From: Ostreococcus lucimarinus | Lineage: Eukaryota | DNA length: 64,000 bases | Direction: 5' to 3' (one strand) | Assembly: GCA_000092065.1 (NCBI GenBank) | Contig: CP000581.1 | Shown here: positions 41,701-51,381 of the stretch, piece by piece | How the letters are laid out: every line of letters begins with the position of its first letter | How positions within the stretch are numbered: the first letter of the stretch is position 1 | Notes under the pieces: generated by a model | Seen by the model: the letters and a program-made list of their open reading frames with translations, nothing else | Told to the model about the DNA's origin: nothing | Database searches by the model: none | Position numbers and translations under genes: made by a program

Positions 41701-43793
41701 TCGACACTTGGCTCGCCGTGATCCCACAAATAGTTGCGCGAATTCACACGCACGTCTTACCTGTGAGAAATTTGATTTATCAGCTTCTGGTGCGTGTTGG
41801 CCGACAGCACCCGCAGGCGGTTCTCTATCCTTTGCTCGTGGCATGCAAGAGCCAGAGTACATCGAGACGAGCCGCGGCGCACGCGATTTTGGACAACGTG
41901 CGACAGCACAGCGCCTTACTCGTCGAGCAAGCACAAATCGTTTCTCTCGAGCTCATTCGAGTCGCGATCGTGTGGCATGAGGCCTGGCACGAGGCTTTGG
42001 AAGAAGCGTCACGTCTATACTTCGGCGAGCAAAACGTCGAAGGTATGATGGCAGTATTGACTCCATTGCATCACATCTTGGAACGCCAGGGTGCTGAAAC
42101 TCTTCAAGAGATGGGCTTCGTGCAAAACTACGGCCGCGAGCTTCAGGAGGCACACGACTTGTGTCAAAAGTACCGCCAAAGTAAGCGCGAAGAAGAGCTG
42201 AATCAAGCGTGGGACTTGTACTATCACGTTTTCAAGCGTATCACCAAACAGCTTCCTACAATGACGACATTGGAACTTCAGTACGTGTCACCGCGTTTGC
42301 TCAATTCGCGAGATTTAGAGCTGTGCGTTCCCGGCAACTATATATCTGGACAGGTGGAACAAGCCCAGATTAGAGCCTTCGCGCCGACTATGCACGTGAT
42401 CACGTCCAAGCAGAGACCGCGACGACTGCAAATTCATGGATCCGATGGTAAAGACTATGGTTACCTCCTGAAAGGTCATGAAGATTTGCGCCAGGACGAA
42501 CGCGTGATGCAACTCTTCGGTTTGGTGAACACGTTGTTGAACACGACCATGGCCACGGCACAACGAGACTTGGGCATCGCTCGCTATGCCGTCGTCCCGC
42601 TCTCCCCGAACAGCGGTTTGATTGGATGGGTGCCTAATTGCGACACCCTTCACGCGTTGATTCGTGAGTACAGAGACGCGCACAAGGTGCCACTGAATTT
42701 GGAACATCGCATGATGCTCGCCATGGCGCCGGATTACGATCATCTACCCCTCGTGAATAAGGTTGAGATTTTCCAACACGCCGTTGAAAACACTTCAGGT
42801 GGCGACTTGGCACGAGTTTTATGGTTGAAGAGTCGAAGTAGTGAGCAATGGCTCGAGCGCCGGACGACGTACACGCGATCTCTCGCCGTGATGTCTATGG
42901 TAGGCTACCTACTCGGCCTCGGAGATCGCCACCCATCAAACTTGATGGTGGATCGATACAGCGGTAAGGTGCTTCACATCGACTTTGGTGATTGCTTCGA
43001 ATCGTCGATGTACCGAGAAAAGTTCCCTGAAAAGGTCCCTTTCCGACTCACTCGCATGCTCGTCAGGGCGATGGAGGTGAGCGGCATCGAGGGCAACTTC
43101 CGAAGCACGTGCGAGAGCGTCGTGACGGTTTTGCGCGACAACAAAGACTCTGTCATGGCGATGTTAGAAGCCTTCGTGCACGATCCGCTCATCAACTGGC
43201 GTTTGCTGACGAACAATGTTCTCGCCCCAGACGGAGAATCGATGAATACATCAGCGCACGACGCGCAAACAAGCCCGGCTGAAACGCCGACGCCGAATCG
43301 CAGCCGCACGAGCAGTACTCCCGGCGCGGACGATAGCGACGGCGATCGGACGCCGACGCCAGGCAGACCATCAAATCGACCCTCGAGACAGGATTCGCGC
43401 CCTCCAAGCGTCGGCGTCATCGAAACACCGTCTGGTCCTGTTCCTTCGAGTACATCCGTTATAGGAGTCGAGGCCACGCACGCGATGGCTGCCATGGGCT
43501 CGAGCGTGCGCGATTCCAGTACGGCGACATCGGTGCTGTTGCGTCGAACCGAACTCATCAACGCGATGGAAGCGTACGGCATCGATGACGGGACAAACGA
43601 TGCACTGAATGAACGAGCGGTGAGTGTCATGCAACGCATGAGCGCGAAACTCACAGGTCGCGACGGCGATCATCATCACGTCGAATCGATGCAACCGGAT
43701 TCAGTCGAGATGCAAGTCGAGCGATTAATCTCTGAAGCTACGAGCGCAGAGAACCTCAGCGTTAGCTACGTGGGGTGGTGCCCGTGGTGGTAA
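35757..43793 (+). CDS. TOR: Target of rapamycin (TOR) kinase, full length, apparently intronless
   Basis: HEAT/FAT region, then FRB (WHEAWHEALEEASRLYFGEQNVEGM…QAWDLYYHVFKRI, ~41960-42250). PIKK catalytic domain (GHEDLRQDERVMQLFGLVNTLL…HIDFGDCFE…, ~42400-43100). FATC terminus (…VERLISEATSAENLSVSYVGWCPWW). Start at MFIARRRSSNEG (35757); the ORF's upstream part overlaps the divergent WDR12 gene. Confidence 0.9.
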   Translation: MFIARRRSSNEGTVPGGAANAAPSIVPTGARDDASATSRAAERRGSDLASGDGGAERAGGTSGTVNAVVGSQPARERAGATSTSVARKRSFNRSRTAKEDTLNALLEKLCAIDVVDEDSRGSMEDDGALRERVETEARSANPADFLKFRNAVHERVDTMITGEDVARKLGGLRAIDQLIEVEFGEEVEKVKKFADYLLDVVSTSAEDLLGSSLTDEHREHPVAINDPLWSNARARELVEMMSLVLGRLVLHSGALTTEIVDSHVQRAIELLNADDGNQDVVSMKHYAAALTLTELARNAPTIFNVHVPIFISSIWTALRDPSLRVREVAVLALRECLMVTERRETRYRVQWYYALYEACRAGLKQTSKVEEIHGSLLVFGELLRHTGEFMLSRYREVALTILRLQDFKKSIIRRTIVSLIPKLAAFSPQRFAESYLVESCALILTTIRSPNDSGAGFQALSHLADAMSSVIDVDSDEVTVGSSLLRYLPEVSAVMYDMFTSRARGPNAYPEALECAGALMNSLHLAWKPHFVNLLMPMFTAGLSKSLVIGLESAAQGAPDLLPSIQLKLADAIASAIHQEPTTEKSCPMPPNKKIVQLALKTMRTFPFEPTVLLRSIRKNVICYLDDSSAESRLEAALTCCSALRLRVGSSKSVTTAVENIMEALIPVAVGDNDASIRNALLTEFCRPSASIDSYLSQAKSLRALFLTVNDESVAIRMLGIELLGRLATRNPAYVLPALRVHMLQLLAELEYSSESLHREESAKVMAVMIRSCPRLVSPYLSPILRCLMSTLKAEEGGAAKSSKSKQDSSAPSSASVGTAATTLRRTSSSKQTSAIAPSKKHDITGREKAAVLGTIGELANVSGYGITPFVQELLILLLIALKSASTRDHAVVTLGKLIESSGYVAEPFTTHPQLLPQLLRMLANERGIVRSEVLRTLGILGALDPHAHRGNEIRLHGEGVLSEEGVRGVRQARLSMKIDDGATDSAQVDDLGNNDDGDEELDILPMLHLTSLSDDYYPTIALNSLLRVLRDPSRTSVRHMVVRSIVYIFQVLDTACVQYLPSVVPVMLSVIRTSDDSLREGMFVELATLVGVIKAHIRRYLSDIFELMNIAWDRSGMSKNTLLLCEELSVALNDEFRRSLPMIVPRIVSSLAEAERLRRYDSVPYILHALETFGTSLNDHLYLILPTLVRIFKPSVLDMPLDIKRGALQSLRRLLPRMRLADQAGIVVHALTRVLDVEDVELRLDVLNVLISLEVSLGREYALFLPVVKRAVSKCGVKDPAFDDMVKRVESGNPLLFDDLESESLLIASATEHRKPVLQKHLSVNQLAVRRAWESSQRSTKEDWLEWMRKLALDLLKSSPLPSLRACSELAQVQPNLARDLFCASFVSCWAELNESHREILVRSLEAALGSPTIPPEIVSVLLNLCEFMEHDEKPIPVDVRTLGMIAERSRAYAKALHYKELEFITNPGACVAAIIAINNQLQLPEAARGVLVYAQENLTVDIKESWYEKLEQWDDALEAYKRKLDELASVDSPQAMEERREAMVGQLRCLNALAEWEEIQRIYEAGNQANVDWDEYRNDVTTIAAKAAWHLGDWEQMEICTNQLDRDQNIRGRLPNADRVDAIGKRTSSVVNTTDCDFYKSILAIRRGAQDEAREHLAAAREMLGTELAALVRESYDRSYGALIRAQQLTELDEVIEYAQLTAVASPAAARRQEIIRKMWRDRIYLVKRDVEVWQELLQVRSLVLPMSEETDIWLKFASLNRKQGRDRQSRRTLLRLLEYDPIMCAEGKPGFGAGSGRPKVMFAFVKHLWHTGQKRQAFMRLQSLAHELRVQLENMRASGQTETDHNKTVSRAFLKLGKWRWALTDSMNDETLTDVLMAFRTATSADQHWSKAWHHWALFNATAMEHFHRQGGASTKDAMQHVAPAISGFFRSISLAGSSMKAKGGSLQDILRLLTLWFNHGGSPEVETALIAGFGHVNIDTWLAVIPQIVARIHTHVLPVRNLIYQLLVRVGRQHPQAVLYPLLVACKSQSTSRRAAAHAILDNVRQHSALLVEQAQIVSLELIRVAIVWHEAWHEALEEASRLYFGEQNVEGMMAVLTPLHHILERQGAETLQEMGFVQNYGRELQEAHDLCQKYRQSKREEELNQAWDLYYHVFKRITKQLPTMTTLELQYVSPRLLNSRDLELCVPGNYISGQVEQAQIRAFAPTMHVITSKQRPRRLQIHGSDGKDYGYLLKGHEDLRQDERVMQLFGLVNTLLNTTMATAQRDLGIARYAVVPLSPNSGLIGWVPNCDTLHALIREYRDAHKVPLNLEHRMMLAMAPDYDHLPLVNKVEIFQHAVENTSGGDLARVLWLKSRSSEQWLERRTTYTRSLAVMSMVGYLLGLGDRHPSNLMVDRYSGKVLHIDFGDCFESSMYREKFPEKVPFRLTRMLVRAMEVSGIEGNFRSTCESVVTVLRDNKDSVMAMLEAFVHDPLINWRLLTNNVLAPDGESMNTSAHDAQTSPAETPTPNRSRTSSTPGADDSDGDRTPTPGRPSNRPSRQDSRPPSVGVIETPSGPVPSSTSVIGVEATHAMAAMGSSVRDSSTATSVLLRRTELINAMEAYGIDDGTNDALNERAVSVMQRMSAKLTGRDGDHHHVESMQPDSVEMQVERLISEATSAENLSVSYVGWCPWW

Positions 43794-43839
43794 AACACAA
43801 AATTTGTAACAACATCATTTCATCATAATGAAACGTCTA

Positions 43840-45114
43840 TCAAATCGCCAATTTAGCGCTCGGAGATCTAGCCGTGGACGCTTCTCTCGTAAATCGGTCG
43901 GCGTCGTGTTCTACGCTTCGGCGCGGAGACCGCGGAGTCTCGGACGATTGACTTCCCACAGTCGTCGTCACGGACATCAACTTTGAAAGCTCTGGCGCCG
44001 GAGGCGGTTTCCACGGCGATTCCGCGCTACCCTCTGCGTTGACTCGCCTGATGGGAACTTGCGTGACTTCGTCGTCGGCGAATTCGAGCGCTTTCCCGTT
44101 GGCACCGCTCTCTGGGGACTGCCACGGTTTGCCCGGGCGCGACGCACTCGAGCGAGGGATCGCAGCGTCCGGATTCGGCGGTGTGTCGTCGATGTCTTTG
44201 ATACCGGGTGGCGTTTTGCCGTTTTCGAGCATCTCTAAGATGTCCATAAAATTGCTCGGATGCGGGGGATCAATCAACTCGTCTCGCCCCGGTCGTCTTT
44301 GCGTCTGCTGCGCCGAAAAGAAGTTTGGATTTTCTGACGCGCTCGTTTGCGGACGCGGCGCGGTATTTAAGGTGAACTCGCCCGCGCTCGACGCCGGCTC
44401 TGGGGTGAACGCTAGACTCTCCCCTGACTCGCTCCCTTGCGGACTCGTCTTGAACGGCCAATCCTTGCTCGCGCGCGCCGCGGGCGACGACACCCCACTC
44501 GCCGTTCCACCGGCGGCGTACATCTGCTTCAATTCCGCCAACTCTGCCTTCATTTGCGTCTCTAAAAACGTCTTCACGTCCGTGATGCTGTCCCGAACGG
44601 TGGACGAAACCTCATTTTTAATCTCCTCTCGCAGCGCCTCGGCGCGCTCCTCCGCGCGTTCGACGCGTTCCACCGCGCGTTCAATCTTCCCCGCCAACTC
44701 CGGCGTGAGCGCCATCGCGCCCTCCTCCGCCACCACCCCATTCATCCGCGCGGGCGTTCGCGCGTCCTCGCTCCCCTCCGCGTCGTCCTTCGCGTCCCCT
44801 CCTCTCGCCGTCGCCTCGACGAATCGCGCCAACCACCGCCGCGCGCTCGGGTACGCCAAATACGCCGCTCCCACCACCGCCGCCATCCGCGCCGCCCCCC
44901 CCCACGCCGTCCCTCGTCTCTCCTCTACCTCCGCCATCGCTCCGCCCCCCCCGACGCCTTCCTCGCGTCCCGCGCGTCGAAACGCCTCGTCGATCTCGTC
45001 CTCGCGCACGCCCTTCCCCTTTAAAAATCCACGCTTCGCGTCGTCATCCCTCGACGCCCTGACGCTCGCGTGCGTCAGGAAGCTCACCGCGTTCGAGATC
45101 TCCGTCTCGCGCAT
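43840..45114 (-). CDS. PEX14: Peroxin-14 (PEX14) homologue
   Basis: [49 protein letters not shown] matches the conserved PEX14 N-terminal PEX5-binding domain (REELIATAVKFLQNSRVRQSP…RAFLKKKGLTDEEIDMAF). A hydrophobic segment ([15 protein letters not shown]) and a coiled coil follow. Confidence 0.65.
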   Translation of the reverse strand: MRETEISNAVSFLTHASVRASRDDDAKRGFLKGKGVREDEIDEAFRRAGREEGVGGGGAMAEVEERRGTAWGGAARMAAVVGAAYLAYPSARRWLARFVEATARGGDAKDDAEGSEDARTPARMNGVVAEEGAMALTPELAGKIERAVERVERAEERAEALREEIKNEVSSTVRDSITDVKTFLETQMKAELAELKQMYAAGGTASGVSSPAARASKDWPFKTSPQGSESGESLAFTPEPASSAGEFTLNTAPRPQTSASENPNFFSAQQTQRRPGRDELIDPPHPSNFMDILEMLENGKTPPGIKDIDDTPPNPDAAIPRSSASRPGKPWQSPESGANGKALEFADDEVTQVPIRRVNAEGSAESPWKPPPAPELSKLMSVTTTVGSQSSETPRSPRRSVEHDADRFTREASTARSPSAKLAI

Positions 45115-45379
45115 CGCGGTCGTCGTCGCGCGCGGTCTGCGGTCGGCGGTCGTCGATCGAAGCGTCGGTCCGACGCCGGGCGTCGACGACACGAGACTCA
45201 ATCGCACACACGGACGCTACACCCTCGACCCTAAACGAGACTTTATATCACACACGGACGACGACGACGCCGGACGAAAACCTCGATCGACGGCGCGCGC
45301 GCGACGCGACGAGCGCGCGACACGCGCGATCGCGGCGCGGCGAACGCGACGAACGCTCGACGAGCGCGCGCGTTATACG

Positions 45380-47284
45380 ATGCGCGGGACGAACGCGTGC
45401 GCGACGACGATGCGCGGACGAACGACGACGACGACGACGACGACGACGGGACTCGCGGGACGGCGCGGAAAGACGGCGCGAACGGCGCGGACGGCGCGAG
45501 GGGCGGCGCGAGGGACGAACGAATGGACGAGAAAGGTGGTGGTGCGCGCGGGATCGAGCGGGGAGGGCGCGGATGGGGTGGCGCGCGCGCCGAGACCGGC
45601 GTACGTGCCGGGGGTTATCTCGGACCCGAAGTACGTGCGCGTGTTCGACACGACGCTGCGGGACGGGGAACAGTCCCCGGGGGCGACGCTGACGAGCAAG
45701 GAGAAGCTTGACATCGCGACGTCGTTGGCCAGGCTCGGGGTGGACATCATCGAGGCTGGATTTCCGATCGCGAGCCCGGACGATTTGGAGGCGGTGCGCG
45801 GCATCGCGAAAAAGGTCGGCAACGAAGTGTACGAGGACGGGTACGTGCCGGTGATTTGTGGGCTTTCGAGAGCGAATAAGAAGGACATCGACGCGGCGTG
45901 GGAAGGCGTGCGTCACGCGCTGCGACCGAGAATTCACACGTTCATCGCGACGAGTCCTATTCACATGGAGAGTAAATTGCGAAAAACCCCGGATGAAGTC
46001 GTGGCCATCGCCGTGGAAGCCGTCAAGTATGCGCGTTCGCTCGGGTGCGACGACGTCGAGTTTTCTCCGGAAGACGCCGGAAGATCCGATCCCGAGTTCT
46101 TGTATCGCATTTTGAGCGCCGTCGTCGAGGCGGGCGCGACGACTTTGAACATTCCGGACACGGTCGGGATTTGCCTGCCGGATGAATTCGGACAACTCAT
46201 CGCGGGCATCAAGGCGAACGTGAAGGGCATCGAGGGTGCGGTTATTTCGACGCACTGCCAAAATGATTTAGGTTTGTCCACGGCAAACTCATTGGCGGGT
46301 GTCGCGAACGGCGCGCGCCAGGTGGAGTGCACCATCAACGGCATCGGCGAACGCGCGGGTAACGCGTCGTTGGAAGAAGTCGCCATGTCCATTTTCATGC
46401 GCGGCCAATCACGCCTCGCGGGCGCGTACACTGGAATTAATCCGGTTTATATCTATCCCACTTCCCAGATGGTGAAAAACTACAGCGGTATGGCGATCCA
46501 ACCGCACAAGGCCATCGTCGGCGCGAATGCCTTTGCGCACGAGTCCGGCATCCACCAAGACGGCATGTTGAAGAACAAGCTCACCTACGAAATCATCGCC
46601 CCGGAGCAAATCGGGTACTTCAGAGGCGAAAACGACGTCGGTGTCGTCATGGGGAAGCACTCTGGTCGCCATGCGTTGTCTTCCAAGTTGAAGCAGCTCG
46701 GCGTGCCGATGGAAGGAGATGCGCTCGACGAAGTCTTCAATCGCTTCAAACTCGTCGCGGAGACGAAGCTCGGTGGGGTCAACGATGATGAGTTGCTGGC
46801 TATTGTGCGTGACGGCGAATCGGTGCAAGACCCGGCGTGGAGTTTGGAAACCGTGCAAGTCGTGTGTGGTACCACCGGTTTGCCCACGGCGACGGTGAAG
46901 ATGCTGGCCAAGGATGGTACGGTGCACATCTCCGCCGTCGTCGGTACCGGCCCGGTTGATGCCGCGTTCAAGGCGATCGACGCTCTCGTTGGATTAGATG
47001 TCGTGTTGACGGAGTACAGAGTCACCGCGGTTACCAAGGGCATCAACTCGCTGGCGGAGACGACCATCACGGTGAAGCCGCGAGAAGGCGCGGAGCAAAA
47101 GCTCGGCGCCGACGTCTTCAAGACCAACTTGCAAACCGGCGAAACCGCCGTTCGTTCGTTCACGGCTACCGGTGCAGACACCGATATTGTTGTGTCTTCT
47201 GCCCGCGCCTACGTCATCGCCCTCAACCGCATGACTGAATACGTTACCAAGGCCTACGTGGTCGAGGCCGTGGCGTCAAGATGA
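45380..47284 (+). CDS. leuA: 2-isopropylmalate synthase (LeuA), with a green-type plastid transit peptide
   Basis: [28 protein letters not shown]…[43 protein letters not shown], plus the C-terminal LeuA dimerisation/regulatory domain. Presequence [30 protein letters not shown]…VVVRAGS. Confidence 0.85.
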   Translation: MRGTNACATTMRGRTTTTTTTTTGLAGRRGKTARTARTARGAARGTNEWTRKVVVRAGSSGEGADGVARAPRPAYVPGVISDPKYVRVFDTTLRDGEQSPGATLTSKEKLDIATSLARLGVDIIEAGFPIASPDDLEAVRGIAKKVGNEVYEDGYVPVICGLSRANKKDIDAAWEGVRHALRPRIHTFIATSPIHMESKLRKTPDEVVAIAVEAVKYARSLGCDDVEFSPEDAGRSDPEFLYRILSAVVEAGATTLNIPDTVGICLPDEFGQLIAGIKANVKGIEGAVISTHCQNDLGLSTANSLAGVANGARQVECTINGIGERAGNASLEEVAMSIFMRGQSRLAGAYTGINPVYIYPTSQMVKNYSGMAIQPHKAIVGANAFAHESGIHQDGMLKNKLTYEIIAPEQIGYFRGENDVGVVMGKHSGRHALSSKLKQLGVPMEGDALDEVFNRFKLVAETKLGGVNDDELLAIVRDGESVQDPAWSLETVQVVCGTTGLPTATVKMLAKDGTVHISAVVGTGPVDAAFKAIDALVGLDVVLTEYRVTAVTKGINSLAETTITVKPREGAEQKLGADVFKTNLQTGETAVRSFTATGADTDIVVSSARAYVIALNRMTEYVTKAYVVEAVASR

Positions 47285-47502
47285 GAAGCGCGCGGCGCGC
47301 GCGGCCGACAACTAGCCAGTCATACGCACACCTAGAAAGCATTATTGAATACAACACGTCAGTATCGTATGCGAATTCACCGCACTCGCCACACCGCGCG
47401 CCGCGCGCCCGACCGCGCGCGTTCGAACGTCGTCGGCGCGCCGTCGGCGACCTAGGTGTGGCCCAAGTGCGCGTCACATCGCCGCGTGCGCGTCGTCGTC
47501 GC

Positions 47503-48984
47503 ATGAGCACCTACGTCTACGTCGACGCCGATGGCGCCGGAAGCGATCGTAAAGCCGTGCAGCGTCGCACCGTGGACTACACCGCCACCACCGTGCGGTA
47601 CGTCGAGGAGCGCGTGTACGCGAAAGATCCGTGGAATTCTTCGCATCCGCGCCCTCTCCCCGGCGCGCTGCTCGATTTCATGCCTCCCGTGGCGTACCCA
47701 CACCTCCCCGCGACGTCGTTCGCCACGAAGTTCGTGCACGTGAGCAGTAATAAAATCAGAACGAGCGTGAACAAGGTGATGTTCATGCCGGATGGACGAC
47801 GGTTGTTGACGTGCTCGCAAAACGGAGAGTTTACGCTGTGGAACGGGATGTCGTTTAATTTCGAAACCATTCTACAAGCGCACAACGGACCGATTCGATG
47901 CGCGGAGTTTAGTAACAATGATAATTGGCTCCTCACCGGGGACGACGAAGGGAACGTGAAGTACTTTCAGACGACGTTTAATAACTTGCGTTCGTTTCAA
48001 GTGCACAAAGAACCGGTGACGTCGATTTCGTTCGCGAGGTCGGATTTGAAGTTTGCGACGGGAAGTGACGATGCGTCGGTGAAGATTGTAGATTTCGCGC
48101 GCGCAGAGACGGAGCACACGCTGAGCGGGCACTCTGGGGACGTGAAGACTGTGGAGTGGCATCCGTATTTGGGTCTCGTGGCGTCGGGAGGAAAGGATGG
48201 AGCGTTGAAGATGTGGGACCCTAAGAGCGGGCACTGCGCCACGACGTTATACGGGCATAAGAACGCAATAACATGCTCGAAATGGAACAAGAATGGGAAC
48301 TGGTTGGTGACGGGGTCGAAGGACCAGACGCTCAAGGTTTGGGATTTGCGAATGTTGAAGGAAATCGGTACCTACAGAGGTCACGGAAAGGATGTCACGG
48401 AAGTTGTCTGGCATCCCACGCACGAGGCCATGTTCACCTCGGGTGCGTTCGATGGTTCCATCAACTACTGGCTCGTGGGCGCTGGTGAAGCGCCTCACGC
48501 GGAAATCAAGGGTGGCCACGAAGCTTCAATTTTGAGCCTGGCGTGGCACCCGGCTGGACACATTCTCGTGAGCGGATCACAAGACAACACCACAAAGTTT
48601 TGGTGCCGCAACCGCCCGGGCGAGGTCGCGCGCGATACAGCCGCCGGTCGCATGCCGGCGGGTGGCGCTGTCGAGGCGGTCATTCCCACGACGCTTCCAC
48701 GACCGGTCGCGCCGCCCGGATTGCCGCCCGGATTGAAAACCGGCGCCGCGCCTCCTCGACGTCCAGTTGCGCCGAGCCGCTCGCGCGCACCGCCACCGGT
48801 TCCACCCCCAGGCGCACCACCACAGGGCCGTCCACAGGGGCGCGCGCCTCCGCCGGCACCGCCTCCTGGGGCGCCGCCTCAGGGTCGTCCGCAACCGCCC
48901 GGCGTCGGTCGCGGCAGACCGGCGGCGCCGCCGCGCCGAGGCCAACCCCCTCCGGGACTGGGCAATCGCCCCCCTGGACTGTAG
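47503..48984 (+). CDS. WDR33: WDR33 / Pfs2 / FY: WD40 subunit of the mRNA cleavage-polyadenylation complex, with Pro-rich C-terminus
   Basis: [22 protein letters not shown]…[59 protein letters not shown]… aligns closely with human WDR33 ([18 protein letters not shown]…[55 protein letters not shown]…). C-terminal [11 protein letters not shown] repeats. Confidence 0.85.
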   Translation: [493 protein letters not shown]

Positions 48985-49185
48985 TTAGCGACTGTAGATT
49001 ACACTTAGTTTTCGATATTTCCCTTGTCTTCACGCCGGCGCGCGTTTGAGGCGTCCATCCATCGCCGCCTTCGCGCCTCGTCAGCGTTCGGCCGCCGCGA
49101 GAGTGGATAGGGCGCGTCCCGACGCATCATCGCCCGTCTCCCGACGCCATTTTCGCGCGCACACGCACGCACGCTCGCACACAAG

Positions 49186-50186
49186 ATGTCCGCTTCGTTT
49201 GCCACCGTCCAACCGAGCGTCCGCGCGCGCGCGACGCTCCGATCCCGCGCGAGACGCGCCGATCGATCGTCGATCGTCGTCCGCGCGGGCAGCGCGGCGC
49301 AACAAAAAGGTCTCGGCGATCTCGACACCGTCAAGCTCACCGCCGCCGACGGTTCCACCGCGGACGTGTACTTGTTCGGCGGCGTCGTGACGAGTTTCAA
49401 GCCCAAGGGCGGTGACGACGTGCTGTACGTGCGCCCGGATGCGAAGTTTGACAAGGTGCGTCGGCGGCGAAGCGACGCGCGAGACGCGCTCGGACGATGA
49501 GCGAAGCGATGGAAGACTGACTGCGGTGTGGTAAACACAATCGCACGTAGAGTAAGCCGATTTCTGGTGGTTTGCCGCACTGCTGGCCGCAGTTCGGCCC
49601 GGGGGCGATTCAAGTGCACGGATTCGCGCGCAACGTCGACTGGACGCTCGTGAGCACGACGGATGGCGACGAACCGTCGATGACGATGGAACTCACGCCA
49701 AATGATTACACCAAGGCGATGTGGGATAAGGATTTCAAGGTGACGGAAACCGTCACGCTCAAGGGCGGCGCGCTCGAGGCGAAGCTCGTGGTTGAGAACA
49801 AGGGCAAGGAAGCGTTCGATTTCACTGGTTCGTTCCACACGTACTTGAGCGCCGACATCAACGCCGCCGCCGTCGGCGGGTTGAACGGCTGCAAGACGTT
49901 AGATCGACTCGCGGAGAAGGAATCCACCGTCTCTGGTGACGTCAAATTCCAAGGACCGATCGACAGCGTGTACTACGGCGTTCCGGAGACGCTTACGCTC
50001 GCCACGGGCAAGCGCACTGTGAGCATCAAGTCGAGCAAGACGTGGACAGAAGCCGTGGTGTGGACGCCGTGGACGGACATGGAGGCGTGCTACAAGGAGT
50101 TCGCGTGCGTCGAAAGCGCCGCCGTGACTCCGGTCGTCGTCGCTCCGGGCGGCTCTTGGACCGCCACCACGACGATTTCCGCGTAA
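49186..50186 (+). CDS. Glucose-6-phosphate 1-epimerase (aldose-1-epimerase superfamily, YeaD-like) with transit peptide, 2 exons: 49186..49455 and 49551..50186
   Basis: Exon 1 …YLFGGVVTSFKPKGGDDVLYVRPDAKFDK|gtgcgt. Acceptor …cgcacgtag| precedes SKPISGGLPHCWPQFGPGAIQVHGFARNVDWTL… (the conserved KPIRGGIP.CFPQFGP…HGFAR block). Phase 0, 95-bp intron. Presequence MSASFATVQPSVRARATLRSRARRADRSSIVVRAGS. Confidence 0.7.
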
Positions 50187-50241
50187 ATTTGTCGCATTAT
50201 TACTTGCAATCAAAAATTTCATTTAAGTTCGCTATTCGTCG

Positions 50242-51204
50242 TTAAAAATACTTGTTTCCGAAGACCTTGGCGTCGTGCTCCTTCTTGAAATCATCGCGCG
50301 TCTGCGTGCCCGCCACTCCACCTCGATCGTTCAGCGTCGTGCGATCGAGTCTGATGTGATGCGGCGGTTGCAAAACAGCCTTCTCCGCGTCCGTCATTCC
50401 GTCCTCCGTGCCGTCGGGCCAGGTGGGATAGTACGACCGCCCGTATGCGTACGTCGACGGCGCGAATCTATACAGCACCGCTCGCCGCGTGTGCTTGGCC
50501 GTCCACGCTTGCGTACCGTGCGTCGCGGCTTCGGTAAAAAATAACACATCTCCAGCCTTCATCTTCGGGTTTACGACAAGGTCTTGATGCGACTTGTACT
50601 CTAAAATTTCTTGCGGGCACGGAAACATGGACTTGTGCGACCCCGGAAGGATGCAAAATCCTCCATCCCCGGGTTCAGTGTCGCTCAACGCCACGCTCAC
50701 ACCGATGAGTTGGTTATACATTCTCCCGCCTTCGCACGTGTACGCGAGCTCTTGACACCAACTCCCATCCGGATTCATCCTCCCTCCGTGAAACACGAAG
50801 CCGTCGGCGCCCGTCTTCTGTTGAATCATCAACGGTAAGTGATCCATGCGATACCCCTCCCCGACGAGCTCGTGATAATAAGGCACCAAGCGCTCGTGCG
50901 CGAGCACAGATCTAAACAACGTCGCGTCTCCGTTCTTCCACGATAACATCCCTCCCAAATCCGCGCGCCCCGTCGTCCCGTCGCCCGCGAGCGGGTCCCC
51001 CGCTTCCCCTCCCAACCGCAGTCGACCCTTGCGTTCGACGATCTCCGATTCCCGCGCATCGATCGCCGCGTTCATTTTCCTCACTTGCTCCGCGTCGTAC
51101 ACCCCGCGCACGACGACGAACCCGCGCAAATCGAACGCAAACTTTTCCTCCGTCGTCATTCGAGGCGTCGTCGTCGTCGACGCGTCGTCGTTGGCGTTCG
51201 CCAT
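50242..51204 (-). CDS. Phytanoyl-CoA dioxygenase (PhyH) family Fe(II)/2-oxoglutarate oxygenase
   Basis: FAFDLRGFVVVRGVY…MDHLPLMIQQKTGADGFVFHGG…GGFCILPGSHKS…AGDVLFFTEAATHGTQAW, the PhyH-type HxD…H core. Start at MANANDD (51204). Confidence 0.65.
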   Translation of the reverse strand: MANANDDASTTTTPRMTTEEKFAFDLRGFVVVRGVYDAEQVRKMNAAIDARESEIVERKGRLRLGGEAGDPLAGDGTTGRADLGGMLSWKNGDATLFRSVLAHERLVPYYHELVGEGYRMDHLPLMIQQKTGADGFVFHGGRMNPDGSWCQELAYTCEGGRMYNQLIGVSVALSDTEPGDGGFCILPGSHKSMFPCPQEILEYKSHQDLVVNPKMKAGDVLFFTEAATHGTQAWTAKHTRRAVLYRFAPSTYAYGRSYYPTWPDGTEDGMTDAEKAVLQPPHHIRLDRTTLNDRGGVAGTQTRDDFKKEHDAKVFGNKYF

Positions 51205-51381
51205 GGCGCGCGCGACGCGCTGAGCGCTCGCGCGATGCGAGCGAATCGACGAGGATCGTTCGTTCGACGTCTGGCGACGCCGAGCGCAGTGCGTGAGTAA
51301 AGGTGCGGGCGCCGAGAGAGGCATCGAGTGGCGCGTGACGTCGCTTTTTCGTTGCTACAAGGGAGTGTGCTAATCAATCTT

